Source of the DNA: Mobula hypostoma
Taxonomy: Eukaryota
Direction of reading: 5' to 3'
Assembly: GCF_963921235.1 (NCBI RefSeq)
Contig: NC_086109.1
Span: forward strand, 26,104,001 to 26,164,000
Length of the DNA: 60,000 nt
Part shown: in pieces, positions 24,528-39,099 of the stretch
Position numbering within the stretch: the first letter of the stretch is position 1
How the letters are laid out: each line of letters begins with the position of its first letter
Made by a program: the position numbers and the translations under genes
The notes under the pieces: model-generated
What the model saw: only the letters and a program-made list of their open reading frames with translations
Databases searched by the model: none
What the model was told of the DNA's origin: nothing

Positions 24528-27500
24528 TTTGAAATGCTAACATCACAACCTACAAGAATACAACAGAACACAGATGCAGTTCATGTACAAGTACAGCCAC
24601 AGACTTCTGAATAATGAATAATGCCGCTGGCTTGATTAGCCTTAAGACTTGTACAAATGTTGGCCATTGATAAAGTCAACATGTGCTTTTCAAGCAAACA
24701 AAATCCAATCTATTACTAAATTCTCTGCTATATGAGAATTGTGGTAGTGAAGCAATGGCATCAAACACAGGAGAACTTGTGTCAAATCAATCACAAGTTT
24801 TAGGTTCAAATACATGTGCTCACAAACTAGGCACCCTCATTTGAATGCACCCAAACAAACAGAAGGGCGCATTTTCATATTATAGTGAACTTGGTTTATT
24901 TTCCAAGACAATTAAAGTAAAGGAAGAATACATTTTAAACAAGTTGCATTTCCATGTATACAGCAACTCTAGAGTAAACTACAAGCACTTGATAAACTAA
25001 TGCTACAATCATTTAGAACTGAGCTAAATCTGCATCAAGTATATTTATTTTTCAAATAATGTGCCCATTTCTTTCAAAGAAATAGACTAGTGTAAAACAA
25101 ATGAATGTTAACTAAAGATGTTTCTACTCTACCCAGTTTTCATATCCTATTGTTCTAACTTTCCACAAACCGTCTTATATAAAATTAAATAACCATGCCC
25201 CAAACCTCTGACTGATCAGCATCTTTTGAAGCTATTCAAACCCTACTTCTTAGGCCATACTTAGTCATACATCTCAGAATTTGATGCAAAATTGTGTTTA
25301 GCAAACTGTTACTTTATCACAAAAAAGAGCACTATTTAAATTCGTTGTTGAAACGACATGGAAATTATATAGAAATTTTAGATTATTTTAACTTAAATAA
25401 CAGGAGAAATTATACCAGAGAATAAAGTGACAGAAATTGAACAAAGTTATAAGGGTCTTGGTACAAATCTATTAAGGAAGAGGCAACAGGGCACTTAGAA
25501 AATAATGATAGAACTGAGCAGAATTAACATGGACTTATGAAAGGAAAAGAATCACATGAACTAATCCATTGAATTAAAATCTGACAAAATGTTCAAAGAA
25601 TACATAAACCAAGACCACTTGTTTTCCTCATTTCTGTATGACATGATATGCCACAATGTGACAGTAAACTGTAGTTCTAGAGTGCTCAATACTTCAATCC
25701 TAAGTATTTCAAATTTATAGATTTGCTTAGAAATTAAAGCTAGCAAGTTTGCCTTTTCTACTGAAAGTTGTAATTATGAAATTTCTGGTAATGGAAAAAT
25801 GTAGTAAGAGATGAAATCAGCCAAAGGAAGTCAGTTGCATTGCATCTTAAAGCTGACTCTCTCAAGCAATTCAAGATCCCAAACCTGAACACTTGCAGTT
25901 TATGGTGCAATGGTAACAATACACAAGGGAATACAATCATCCATAATTAAAACCATTTCAAATGCACAGCTTAAAAATTCCACATCTGTTCACAGTTCAT
26001 TAATTGGAACATTAATATTCAGAATAATATTGTCCCTTTTTGTGAAAAGCAATCTTTGAAAATTCTATCACGAGACTGCTACCAGTGTCTACTGACAACT
26101 AACCACGGTCCACAGACTGAAAGATGCCAGCCCCTTTGTAATCTGAACTTCACGGATCCTATAGAACACCTGCAATTTTGTGTTACCTCTAATATGCAAA
26201 AATCAGCACTTTAAGAAAAAGAAACTCATTATGACATTTGACTAAAAAACTGTGTGCCACTAAAGGATTCCTTCAAGTTAACAGAGGCACAGCCACAGAC
26301 TATTTGTCATAAGGCACAGGCTTGCAGTAGACAGGACTCTAACAAAGGTAAAATACTTACAAAAGTGAAGGTTTCCAGTGGAGAAAATGGGGCTTTAGCC
26401 AGAAAAATGGAGCAAACATGTCACAAGATAACAAGTATTGATGAATTGAGCTAGGGAAAAAGCCAATGATGTAACAGATGGAGATGGGATGTCATAGTTA
26501 CAGAGGACATGTCAAACTTAGCTGTGTCAATGAAATCAAGATTTTGAACAGTCTGGCTCAGTATCAGAAATTTCATGAGATGGAAATGTTTGCCTGGGAA
26601 CTAAATTTATACAAGATATTAGCTTCAATCCTCCAAATTTTTTTCTGCTTATCTAATTTGGATTCCAGAGAAAATTAAATTGAAAATGAAAATAGTAAAA
26701 AAATAGCAGAATGTCCAGATATCTGCAGCCATAATTTTTGTTTAATTATACCAAATCAAAGTAGTTTGCAGGATTCGGTCAGGTTCATCACATGCAAATC
26801 CAAACACCAACTAATACTCCGTTCAAAGTAAAACAAACAAAGTAATTACCTTCCAAGGATCAGAAGACAATGATCATGAACAGGAATCCTGGCAAAACTA
26901 CCTGGCAAGCACGCTTTGACTACTCAATCTACTTGAATACTAGATAAAATTGCATGACTAGTTTACTCCATGCCACACTGCAAAATTATTTTACAAGGGA
27001 TTCTATACAAAGACTACATTGGCCCTTTTGAATGACTTTCAAACACAAGAAAAATAGTGCATGTCAAAGATTAAGCCAAGTTGTCCATTTTAAAACTGAT
27101 ATTGTCAAATCATGTTTCAGGAGTGAAGGAGCCACTATCAAATCAATTCTGTTATGGACATTTTTTTTGAAAAAAACAAGTCAAGTTCCCCACCATGTAA
27201 ACCTTTAGTCATATCTTAAAAATTTGATCTTTATTTCATATTCATAAGTCATCATGAAGATTGGGAATTATAAAGCAATTATTACAAAACAGTAATTGCG
27301 CAAATTAAGATTTGAATGGACAATTAGCTACTGCCTCAGATACATTCGATCTGTCAGATTGATGACGGTGGTGGCTTAGGGTCATTATATCAAACTTCCC
27401 TCCTCCCCACAGCAATCTGCTTTGCTTCCTTAATCCCCATATAGAGACCAACAAGTCTCACCTGCCATTTTCTCTCACAGCACTTGTGCAGTTAAATAAA

Positions 27501-27835
27501 ATCCAATACAATCTTTCAGTATTAGCATGGAGTGGGTATCTGCTGCAAAGATCTTTATTTCTATTTGACGCATATTTTTCTGGATATGGAATGATACTAC
27601 TGCTGCAGAGAAGCTGGAGGTCTTGATGTTTGCAGATTTAAGACACTATGATTCAGCAGCTGTTGCTCAAAGGATCAATTCTCTTTTTGTGAGTATTGCT
27701 CCCAGTGTGCCAACCTATTTTAAAACTATAGACTTTCAATTTTAAATAGGTACTCTTGTAAATGTATTCATCCAATTTCAGACTACAACATTTCAAGTTA
27801 AAACTTCTACACTGCAAATTATATTTGAAGCCTCC

Positions 27836-28032
27836 TATGTGGAGGCCAGGTCTTTGGGTGTATTTAAGGGAGAGATTGATAGGTTCTGTATTGGCCACAG
27901 GATCAAAGGTTATGGGACAAGTGCCGGGGAGTGGGGCTGAGGATAGGGAAGAAAAGGATCATCCATGATTGAATGGCAGAGCAGACTCGATGGGCCATAT
28001 GGCCTAATTCAGCTCCTATGTCTTATGGTCTT
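27836..28032 (+). mobile_element. CR1 3' end fragment
   Basis: Similar to 3530-3722 and ends in ctcctatgtcttatggtctta. Confidence 0.75.
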
Positions 28033-28389
28033 ACTACATCAAATAATTTAATGTTCACTGTCCTAATTATAGTTAAACAAATGATGTACTTGAACTCAGA
28101 TTCCAAATTAGCCAGACTACAATATTCTGAAGCAAACATCAGCATACCCCCACCCACCTCCTTACACAGTGACGGAAGTTTTATATCTAGGCCATAACAG
28201 ACATTTTATATTTTAGTTCAAGGTTGACTGTTCCAACTTTTATCAGGCTAAATGGAGACAAATCAATCTGATTTATAAATTTCCTAACAGCAATGAAGCT
28301 TTCACATACCGCTATGCAAGCCCCACCACACCCCTACTTCCCTCCCACATCAATGCATGAAACCAATGACAAGTCCACAAAACAGGTTA

Positions 28390-28470
28390 CATATATACAA
28401 ACGTTTGTACATACAAACATATATACATACATACACACACACATATATATACATACACACACACATATAC
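28390..28470. repeat. (AT/AC)n low-complexity repeat
   Basis: Mixed atat and acac run. Confidence 0.8.
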
Positions 28471-28971
28471 TGAATCAGCCAAACAATAGCCAGTAAACTG
28501 GAGCAAATAAGCGAATGTTGTATAACTGACTCGTAAAAATGGAGCATTTCCTTGTCAAGACTGCATTCTAGAGGACAAATGCAATAAAAGAAAGCTCACA
28601 GCTTTTCTTCAAAATGGGTAAAGGATGAGAAATTCTGGTTACTAAGGTCAGTGCTTACATGGAAATGCAAGTACTTCGTAAAAACACTGCTTTCTCTGCA
28701 ATGTACATGATTTGAATATCAATTCACTAGCCATGGCAAAAATAAAAGCCAAAAAGACTATTATAACAAGATACACCTGTAAATACTTTTACAACCTGAC
28801 AGTGGTCATTTTTCATAAAAATCACTCCGTTTACCAGGTAAAACAAAAGCATAATTACACACACAAGTATTCTGTCATATTTAATACTATTATTTGAAAA
28901 CTAGCTGCACAAGCCAAGGAAAAGCTTGCCATCAAAAGCATTTTTGAAACATAACAAAAGATCCACAATAC

Positions 28972-29042
28972 CTGTTTGAAGCTCTGTTACCCATTGGCAA
29001 TGGCAGCCCTGAAGTCAAATCAGAGATTTTCTGTAAAGCCAT
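28972..29042 (-). CDS. Candidate alternative first coding exon: MALQKISDLTSGLPLPMGNRASN(R)
   Basis: ATG-initiated open frame in non-repeat DNA. It ends at CAG/gtattg in phase 2, the phase needed to join exon 3. Confidence 0.45.
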
Positions 29043-29589
29043 CGACAAAAAATTTCAGCTGCCTTTGCCAGAATACACTGCAGGCAGCGATCAGCCTCCT
29101 AGCTGATTGAGAGTCTTCTTACATCACACGCAGGAAATGGTCTACCAGTCTACCACCTAGCTGCAGAAAGACTACACTGCATTGCAGGTGAGCACCTTCC
29201 AGTTTAAAAAACATTGTCTTTATGTTCCAGACGCAAATATTGTATGGTTCAATATCATATTAAGGATACTTGATTTACTCTTACTTTGATATTACGAGTG
29301 ATGTGCAGACCTAAATTCTGCTTCCCACTCCTACCCTTTTTGCAAAAAGGATGGGAGTGGGAAGCAGAGGAACGGTTGGGTGCTTATGTCTTCCAGGTAC
29401 TCAAAGTCATGCAGTGTAAAGATGACAAGTATGCTAATCGTCAAAGATGGGGATGGGTTGTGAATCTTTAAAGGGTATTATTACTTGTGCTTTTGGGACA
29501 TTCCTGAACAGGCTGAAATGACAAGGTGCCATTCCAAGGAGGGTCAAGCCAACAACAGCCAATTCACTTCAAGTGGAGAGAGGAAATGA

Positions 29590-30050
29590 GAATGCAAATA
29601 TCTAATCAGCCAATCATGAGGCAGCAACTCAATGCACAAAAACAGACATGGCTAAGGAGGTTCCATTGTTGTTCAGAACAAACATCAGAAAGGGGAAAAA
29701 ATGCAATCTAAGTGACTGACTGTAGAATGATTTTTGGTGCCAGATAGGGTGGTTTGAGTATCTCAAAAACAGCTGATCTAGGATTTTCACAAATAGTATC
29801 TGAAGTTTACAGAGAATGATGCAAAAAGCACATCCAGTGAGCAGCAGTTCTATGGATGCAAGTGCCTTGTTAATGAGAGAGATCAGAGGAGAATAGCTAG
29901 ATCGGTTCAAGCTGACAAGATGCCAATAGTAACTCAAATACTACATCCTACAATAGTGGTGGGCAGAAGAGCATCTCGGAATGCACATCATGTCAAACCT
30001 TGAATTGGATGGGCTACAGCAGCAGAAGACTGCACTGGGTTCCACTCTGT
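29590..30050 (+). mobile_element. Degenerate Tc1-like transposon remnant (N-terminal HTH region)
   Basis: Frameshifted remnants GKKCNLSD, GARxGGLSISKTADL, ARSVQAD and TLNWMGYSSRR. Confidence 0.65.
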
Positions 30051-31715
30051 CCCATTGAGTGTCATTGATATGCCATGTTTATGCAACAATCTTGATCGCC
30101 ATTTTTTGCTATTGGGTCCAAGAACTCCTTCAGTCAAGACAATAGCAGTTCTGCAATGATAGTTGTCCAATGATGACAGGGAACTTATGCAGGAGTTTTC
30201 TTTTTAAGTGGAAAAGCAATACTCCCAAATTAATGTGTATGGGTACCTTCTACATTTCATAAAGTCATCCTTTATGAGAAACTGCTACAGAGAAAATTAA
30301 GTCCACCAAAATGCTTTTTTGGTAAAAAAAATAGTTCTCCATGGAGTTCTAATGCCTTTTGTGACCTTTCTTCAACTGCATGGATAGTCATCATCTGGAT
30401 AGATAGTACAAGATTTTGGGCTAATGGATTTTCTAAGGAACTACAACACTGCCAATTCACTATTACATATTCTCATACCTCCAGACATACACATCTCCTG
30501 ACGCTTGCTTCTCAAAATCCATAATCCAAAAGATGACATATTATTCCAATTACCTTAAAATAGCCTTCTGATAAACTGAGACCAAACGTTTCTGAGATTA
30601 TCCTGTGCTTTTGCAAGTGCGTGAAGGTAACTATTTGCAGTGCTTGAACCCAACTCACCTTGGAAGGCACTGTCTATTTCGCTGGTTTCTTAGACAAGGA
30701 ATTGAAAACTCAAAACTGAATCAGAATTTATTTAGAACTAAACCTTCAGTTTCAGAACTTAAGTTAATATAAAATGTAACATCAAGGTTTTTTGACAGCT
30801 TTGATTCTTGAGCTAATATATAATCTGACCTTCTTTCTACAGAACTGAATCTGAGTTGCTATTGAAGCAAAGTTAACAATTTATATTTTAAGCCATTTGC
30901 TACAAGGCATCCCTAGCTAAATATTGATTACTTCTTGCACACCACTTAAGCTTATGGTTCATCAACAATTCTCATTTCGGTCTAATCAATTGATACAGCT
31001 AAAGTTGAAAAGTACCAGATTTGCACATTTAATAGATACTGAAAACGGTCAGGACACAAGCTCTAATTGTTAGTGAGGAAGCAAATTCAAATTAGAGGAA
31101 AAGATTGCTTCCAAGAGAACCTAAAAAGAATACTTACCTTGGTCTTGTTTTCCAATATTTACCATATTGCAACTCTATCAATCTGTGTCATTAATCTCAA
31201 ACTCGAAATATAAAGAGTAAAGCATATAAACATGTGAACTAAATACATAAATTTAATTCCGTTTTATATGCACCTCAGAAACATTCACAGGCAAAATAAT
31301 TTCAAACCACAACAATATAGTCAAAAACCTTTTATAGCAATGGAGCTTACTATGTTATACTAGAATTGATGGATAAAAGTTGTTGGAATACATTTCCTTT
31401 ATCCCTTACCTGTTGAGAATGAATCTGTACAAGATGAGTTGCAGTCTTAAAAGTACATATTATTTAGTGATACAGTGCAACAAGCCCATGCCACTCAATT
31501 ATAGCCACGTGGCAAATTAACCTACAAACCCGTAGGTGACACCAGAGCCTCAGAAGAAATCTGCATGGTGACAGGGAGAACTTACAAACTCCTTACTGAC
31601 AGCAGTAAATTGAACCTCAGCCACTGGCTTCACTACCATATCAGTGCATACATTTTCCACTCACTAATGCATTGATGGGTCATCTTTTGGAGGTTCTAAA
31701 GTCCTCAAATACTTC

Positions 31716-32038
31716 AAGTCAAGTCGCTTTTATTGTCATTTCAACCATAATTGCTGGTACAGTACACAGTAAAAGCAAAACAACGATCCTCCAGGACCAT
31801 GGTGCTACATGAAACAGCACAAAACTACACCAGACTACGTGAAACAACACAAAACTACATTAGACTTCAGGCCTACATGGGACTACATAAGTGCACAAAA
31901 CAGTGCAAGACAGTACAATAATTAATAAAGACAATAGGCACAGTAAAGGACAAATTACAACATGATAATAAATGATATAAATGTAAACAATATTTTAGCA
32001 GGAATCGAGAAAGAAATGAGCAAAAATTGCAAAGGGAG

Positions 32039-32100
<62 letters not shown>

Positions 32101-32335
32101 CTCGACTCTGGGAATTGAGGAGTCTAATGGCTTGAGGGAAGAAACTGTTACACAGTCTGGTCCTGACAGCCTGAATGCTTTGGTACCTTTTGCCAGATAG
32201 CAGGAGGGAGAAGAGTTTGTATGAGGGGTGCATGGGGTCCTTCACAATACTGTCAGCTTTGCGGATGCAGCATATGGTGTAAATGTCTGTAATGGCGGGA
32301 AGAGAGACCCTGATGATTCATTCAGCTGACCTCAC
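31716..32335 (-). mobile_element. Rex1/L2-type LINE 3' fragment
   Basis: ORF 31955..32245 (HPSYKLFSLLLSGKRY...NSFFPQAIRLLN). aataaa plus a (gactt)n tail at about 31716-31735. Confidence 0.8.
32041..32097. repeat. (GT)28 microsatellite
   Basis: Perfect dinucleotide run. Confidence 0.98.
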
Positions 32336-33719
32336 TTGGGACCCAATAGCACTTTGAAGATCAGGATATTCTCCTGACCAATATACTCCCTCAGCTAACA
32401 CTTCAGATTATCTGGTTATTTATCTGTTTGGGTAGGTTGCCAAATTGGCTGATGTTTCCTATAAAATAAAATTCAAAATGCTAAATTACTTGAAGACCAC
32501 CTTGATTCAAATAAGTGTTTTATTAACAAAAACAATTTTTTCACTAGCAGCCTCAGATGAGCCCAGTTTAAAAATACCCAAGCGAATTTCTGAAAAACAC
32601 CCAGATGGTTAAGCACACAGCACCAAAACAATCTACAAGTTATTTTAACAAAACAGTGATTTTCAAATTTGTAATGCAAGTCTTCATAGAAAAGCACAAA
32701 ACAGAGCAACCATTTTTAGCTCACTATGTTTTTGTTGACACTATTACAAGTATCAAATTAATCCCATGATCAAGACCTTTTCTGTATGGCTTTCCTTTAG
32801 CTTATTATACAATTTCATTTTCACTATTACAAGTGTCTTGCCATCCTTTCAGGCAGTTTACTTTCAATTATAAATGTAAAAAAATAACTTTATCATGTCA
32901 CTTTAGGTTCTTTGCCAGTCATTAATCTGCCTCCTCTTATCAGTACTATCATTAAAAAGAGTTTAACAGTTTATTCACTCTATTTATTCTCTTCACTCCA
33001 CACAACTGAAAGTCATCACCTCTGCCCCTACTTCAATAAACCAATTTCAAGACCCTAAATGACGTACTTATTACAGCACAGGCAGCAGACATTATGATCA
33101 TACCAGCTTACCTGTCCAAATATTACATTATATTTCTAGAGACCCACAACTTAAGTCTCTTTCACATATCCAACTTTCCTTTTTAGTTCTTTTGCATACA
33201 CTTCAAAGTAAATTATCAAAGTACATGCATGTCACCATATACAAACGTGAGATGATTGTCTTGCAGGCAAACACAGTAAAGAAATAATAGAATCAATGAA
33301 AGAACACACCCAACAGGACAGACAACAATCAAAGTTAAAAAAAAAACCTGTGCAAATACAAACAGAACATGAAATGAAAAAATGAAATAATAATAAATAG
33401 GCAATAGAGAACAGAAGTTTTAGACAAGCGGGAAGAAATTAGGGTATCAGTAATAACCCCACACAACCAACACATGTAACTTCAAAACATCAAAACCTGG
33501 GTACTGGAGTTAAAGCACCACCATGTTGCACCTACTTAGAGTGTGCTGGCCAGATCTGAACAAGAGACTGCAACTGTGCCTATTCCAGTGATATAAATAA
33601 AGTTAACTCTTTGGTTTTGTCCATTATTAAAGCAAGAAAGGTGAATGTATTTTAAAATAATTTAAAATATTATTCTATGTTCTTCAAATATTTGTGTATA
33701 TTAGGTCTTCTGATCCTAC

Positions 33720-35290
33720 AACCTCTCCAGTTTGCCTACTCCCACAAAAATTCAACAGCAGATGTCACTTCATTGGCTCTTCAGTCAACCCTGGAACATC
33801 TGGACAGTGAAGTTGCATACTTCAGGAAGTTCCTCAATTACTACAGCTCAGCATTAAGTACCACCATCCCCTCAAAACTAAGCAAGCTTCAAGGCCTAGG
33901 CCTCAATACCTCCTTGTGCAATATTTCCTCACTTGCAGACCCCAGTCAGTTCAGATTGGCATCACGCAACGGTTGGCACAATGCTTTACAGTACAGGTTA
34001 CCTGGGTTCAACTCCTGCTGCTGCAAGGAATTTGTATGTTCTTCCCGTGGGTTTCATCCCAGAGACCAAACATGTTCCAGTTCGTAGGTTAATTAGTCAT
34101 TTTAAATTGTTCTGTGGTCAGGCTATGATTAAATTGGGGGTTGCTGGGCAGCATAGCATGAAGGGTAGAAAAGACATTTCAGTGTCTCAATAAATAAGAC
34201 TTTAAAAAGCATCTCCTCCATAATCACCATCAGCACAGATACATCACAAGGAAGTGTTCTTGGCTCCTAACTCTACTTGCTTTATATTTATGACTGAGAG
34301 GCTAAGCATAGCTCCAAAGCCATTTTCAAGTTACTGATAACGCGATTTGTTATTGGCAGAATTAAAGGTGGTGACAAATCAACATAGGAGGGAGATTGAA
34401 AATCTGGCTGAGTGGTGCCACAACCACCTCTCACTCAATGTCAGCAAGACCAAGGAGCTGATTATTGACTTCAGGAGGAAGCCAGAGGTCCATAAGCAAA
34501 CCCTCATCTGAGGATCAGAGGTGGAAAGGGTCAGCAATTTAAAATTTCCCTATGTTATCATTTCAGAAGATCTGTCCTGGGTCCAGCATGCAAGTGCCAT
34601 TACAAGCAAAGCATGACAGTGTCTCTACTTTCTTGGAAGTTTGAGAAGATTAGGCATTCATCTAAAATCTTGACAAACTTCTACAGATCTGCAATGGAGT
34701 GTATATTGGCAGGTCGTATCATGGACTGTTATGGAAACATCAATTCCCTTTTACAGAAAAGCCTAAAATAGTGGATACGGACCAGCACATCACAGGTAAA
34801 GCCTGTCCCATCTTTGAGGACATCTACATGGATGCTACTGCAGGAAAGCAGCATCCATCAAGGACCCCAACATCCAGGAACATCCTCTTTTCTCACTGCT
34901 GTCATCAGGTACAACAGCCTCAGGATCCACACCAACTGGTTCAGAACAGTTATTACCCTCAACCATCAAGGTCTTGAACCAGAATTTCACTCACCCCATC
35001 AATGAACTGTTCCCACAACCTATGGACTCACTTTCAACGACTCTTCATCCCATGTTCTTGATATTTATTGGTTATTTATTTTTATTTCTTTTTGTATTTG
35101 CACAGATTGTTGACTTTTGCACATTGAGAGATAATTGAGACATTGAGGCATTGTATGCAGGCAATACTCTTTATCTGTCCTATTGGGTGTGATCTTTCCT
35201 TGATTCTATTGTGTTTCTTGTATTTACTGTGAATGCCTGTGAGAAAATGAATCTCAGTTGTATATGGTGACATTTATGTACTTTGATTAT
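33720..35290 (+). mobile_element. Degenerate Rex1/L2-type LINE with a V-SINE inserted at about 33960-34197
   Basis: Remnants LQFAY, LEHLD, LNVSKTKELIIDFRR and FRNSYYP. The SINE interrupts the element between cagattggc and atctcctcc. Confidence 0.75.
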
Positions 35291-35659
35291 CTACATTTTA
35301 TCTACTTGATAGGTGTCTGTTCTATTCTTCTGACAAAAAAGATCACTTCATAATCTTCAGCACTAAGACTACCTTCTGTCTTCTCAGCTTATTTGCTGAT
35401 GTGCGTATTAGTTATCCAAGCAAACCTCTGTGCTGAAAACTCATTTATACAAATTAGGGATTTTAACCTGGTCAGTATCACCAGTATTCTCTAGTGCAGA
35501 TGTTTGAGGGATGAACAACAGAGATCCAAGTAATTCATGATGAATATCTGAATTAGGAAAATTAAAAGATTTAGAAACAGATCTTGGGTTCTCCAAAAAA
35601 TTATTCAACATTCATTTGAGTCAATCTTTGCACAGCTGCCTGTATTGTTCCACATATTG

Positions 35660-35910
35660 TTGACTACAGTGTAGCCGTTATCATGATGCTATTACAGCTC
35701 AGAGTGGAATTAGTAATTCAATACCAGCATCCTCAGGGTTTCCTCCAGGTGCTCTGGTTTCCTCCCGAAGTCCAAAGTAGTGCAGTTAGTAGGTTAATTA
35801 GTCATTGTAAATTGTCCTGTGATTCGGCTAGGGTTAAATTGTGGGTTGCTGGCAGTGCCACTTGAAAGGACCAAAAGGGCCAATTCCACGCAGTATATCA
35901 ATAAATAAGT
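35660..35910 (+). mobile_element. V-SINE (HE1-like)
   Basis: Core gggtttcctccaggtgctctggtttcctcccgaagtccaaag and an aataaataa end. Related to 33960-34197. Confidence 0.65.
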
Positions 35911-36827
35911 CCTCTGTAGACTTGTTACAACAAAACTCACAAGAGAAGCATCCAAATATAACATCAAAATAAATCAAGATTGCACAAGTATTGATGAAAT
36001 GCTTAGGAAATGTCTTAAAAATGTGGGTTCGTTTTCCAGAAGAAATTTCCCTTAATATACTAGTGATCTAGACCGATAATGGAACAAGTATCAAAATTTA
36101 GGGTGTTAAGTGACTCAAGGAAGAAAAAGACAAATGAATGAGGGCAAAAGTGACATGAAAATTAATATGGAGAAATGAAAGTTATACATCAAGTTGGAGG
36201 AAATACAAAGATATTGTTTTGAAAGTGAATGGGTTGGTGCTTTTAATAATTGCAAACCAGTTGCAAAAGAAAATCATGAACTTGTAAACAGGCACACATT
36301 GCACAAGATATTCAACTTTGTGAATTGAATGCCAATGCTGTGTCCAGTTTATGTTGATAAAGGGTCATAAAGGTTGAGCACGATTTATAAGTAATCTACC
36401 AGGCAATATTGAAGATGTAGGCATTTATTATATCAGATACTGAACTCAAAAGACATAATAGAAATACGTAATGTTGATTTAAGAAGCATAATTACAGATT
36501 TTACCGAGTTAGTAACTGTACAAATTTCATTTTCTTCAACTACTTGAACAAATAAACGTTAGGTTTTATTTGTGGAATGAAGTATTAGAGCATCAAATAC
36601 AAAACAAAAAGCTGTACAAGTTCCACGCACTTCCATGTCTGCTAAGTAAAATCAAAATGGTGGTGGTGGTGGGGTGAGGCAAAGCAAAACTGGAGTGCTG
36701 CACTGATTTCCATATCATAATGTCCAAGCACCTTTGAACTCAGTCATTCATGCTCAATTTGCAACTGTGTGCGTATGCGCACTCAAAAAAAAAACACCTT
36801 CCCATCTCAGTTCTGTGACTGCTCCAA

Positions 36828-37050
36828 TACGAGGGGTGATTGATAAGTTTCTGGCTGAAGGTAGGAGTCAATTTTAGAAAACCTGGCACATTTATTTTTC
36901 AAAATAGTCCCCTCTTACATTTACACACTTAGTCCAGTGGTCGTGGAGCATACGGATCCCTTCTTTGTAGAAGTTGGTGTCTTGGACCTCCAGAAAGTGG
37001 TCCACAGCAGGGGTGATTGATAAGTTCATGGCCTAAGGTCGAAGGAGATT
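36828..37050. mobile_element. Probable non-autonomous mariner-like fragment
   Basis: Starts TA-CGAGGGGTGATTGATAAGTT, a mariner-like terminus. The motif is directly repeated near 37009. No clear right TIR. Confidence 0.4.
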
Positions 37051-37324
37051 CAGACCTTGAACATTTTGAACACCTGCCCTGTCATTCCCTCTCAGAACCC
37101 AGCACCAACTTCTTCTAAACTCCAGAGAGCTTCTGCCAATCTTAACTATTTGACTATTCCAAACATAACTGGCAAGCTTAAACACAATGAAGTACTGAAA
37201 TTATGAACCACAGCAATAAGTTTACGATAAACACATTTTACATTCAATTTTATTGCACAATTTTAAATACAGCAAGTGTAAAATTCAATGAAGCTTCACC
37301 ATTTAAAAAATATTCTTGTTTTAC

Positions 37325-37775
37325 TCACAGAGGAGATTCTGCAGATGCTGGAAAACCAGAGTAACAAACACAAAACATTGGAGGAACACAGCAAGTAGCA
37401 TCTACAGAAAGGAATGAAGAGTCTGCGATTTGGGCTGAGACCCTTCATTGGGTCAGAAAAGGAAGTGGGAATAAGGTGGGGAGAGGGAAAGGAATACAAG
37501 CTAGGTGATAGGTAAAGCCTGGTGAGGAGGAATGTAGGTAGATAGGGGAGAGGAGATGTGGTGAGCAGCTGGGAGGCAATAGGCGGACACATGGATGTGG
37601 TCGTGAGTTTCCTCACCCCACCGTCTTATTCTGGCTTCTTCCCCCTTCCTTTCCAGTCCTGGTGGTGGGTCTTTGCCCAAAACATTGACTCTTTATTCCT
37701 TTCCATTGATGCTGCCTGACCTGCTGAGTTCCTTCAGCATTCTGTGTGTTGCTCTGGATTTCCAACATTTGCAGT
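37325..37775. repeat. Degenerate Penelope-derived element with inverted pLTR arms
   Basis: attctgcagatgctggaaa at the left and ttccaacatttgcag at the right. Decayed hammerhead boxes in both arms. Confidence 0.7.
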
Positions 37776-38544
37776 TGGAACTTCAAAGGTCCCCACAAAC
37801 AACCCCCATCCCCAACAGGGAAGTTAATGTCAGCAAATATTAAAAATGGAGTTCTTGAAAATGTCAAAATAGAAAGCAAATTTCCAAGGTTTATTTTTTA
37901 CAAATATGATGTATTAAACACAAATTAAAATTAGCAAAACAAGAATTAAATTGCATTTAATATTAACTCTGCTTTTTAGTAAGATTGAACCTCCAATCCA
38001 AAGCCAAAGTGGGGCAAGATAAGTACTCAAGTTATATTTAGAAACCTACAAGCTGAATGTGTAATGAGAAGTCCTGAATCTTTGATTGTACCACTTACCA
38101 CATGCTAAGAGCAATTTACAGTGACCTATTAAGCTGAAAAGTTCAGGCACATATGTTAAGGACATCATTTGGCAGACAAAAATTGAAGAATCCCCTTTAT
38201 TTGTTATTAGCTTATAAATAACATTTTCTTGATGGCATCCGAGTATTTTCTCAAATAAAGTTTAAAACAGTGGAAAGTAGCATCTTTATTTCAATTAAAA
38301 TACCAAATAGGACATTACTGAACTAGATTTCATCAACAGCACAACAAATCTCAAGATTGCTGGAGGGTGGCTATTTTCAGAATTCTATAGATTAACAAGT
38401 TGACACTGAAATGCACAAACATGAGGTCAAAATTAATTTGATTAATAGAACTTGACTTGGACTTTACATGTACTGAATATGCATCAATACCAATCTCTCC
38501 CTCAGGTCAATTCCCATCTGGAAACAAGCAATTCAAAAAAGATG

Positions 38545-38790
38545 ACAATGGCACAGCAAGCAGAGCTGCTGCCTCACAGCATCAGAATTCCAGTTTCAAA
38601 CCCGCCTATGGGTAGCCTGTTCGTTCTCCTAGTGAACTGCATGGATTTCCTCTGGGTGCTCCGGTTTCCTCTTGTGTCAGAGACATCTGGATTGGTGTAT
38701 TAACTGGATGCTGTAAATTGCTCCTAGAGTACAGGTGGTTGATAGCTGGTGCAATCTTGGGGGCCTGCTTTCATACCATCTTTCAATAAG
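38545..38790 (+). mobile_element. V-SINE (HE1-like)
   Basis: tRNA-like head gctgctgcctcacagc and core ggatttcctctgggtgctccggtttcct. Confidence 0.65.
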
Positions 38791-39099
38791 ATTTTTTATT
38801 ATGTCTATATCTGTAAAACTGTATCAAAGTAGCAACTATTTAACAGAGTCTGACAGGATATTCCAAGACTGAAAGAATGTTCATGATCATGAAAGAAAGC
38901 CAGTGACAAAAGAGAGGGGCTAACTAAAAGACAAAACATATCAGCCCAATCTCACTCAAAGGCAGTTGGGGAGGGGGAGGGAAAGAAAGATGCAGAGGAA
39001 ATAAATTAATATTGCCAAAAGCAAACAGAAAGGTCAAGTCATCAAGTGAAAGGAAGTAGGCCTCAAACCTCAGAACTATCGTCTGAAAGTTAATGTATG

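Noticed and set aside
31132..31178. Strong donor CAAG/gtaagt, a possible upstream exon
   Set aside because: No good acceptor, no in-frame ATG for the required phase 2, and no SRPK similarity.
37420..37690. Additional hammerhead motifs
   Set aside because: The core boxes are mutated (CCAATGA or CTGGTGG; CAAA), so they are unlikely to be active.
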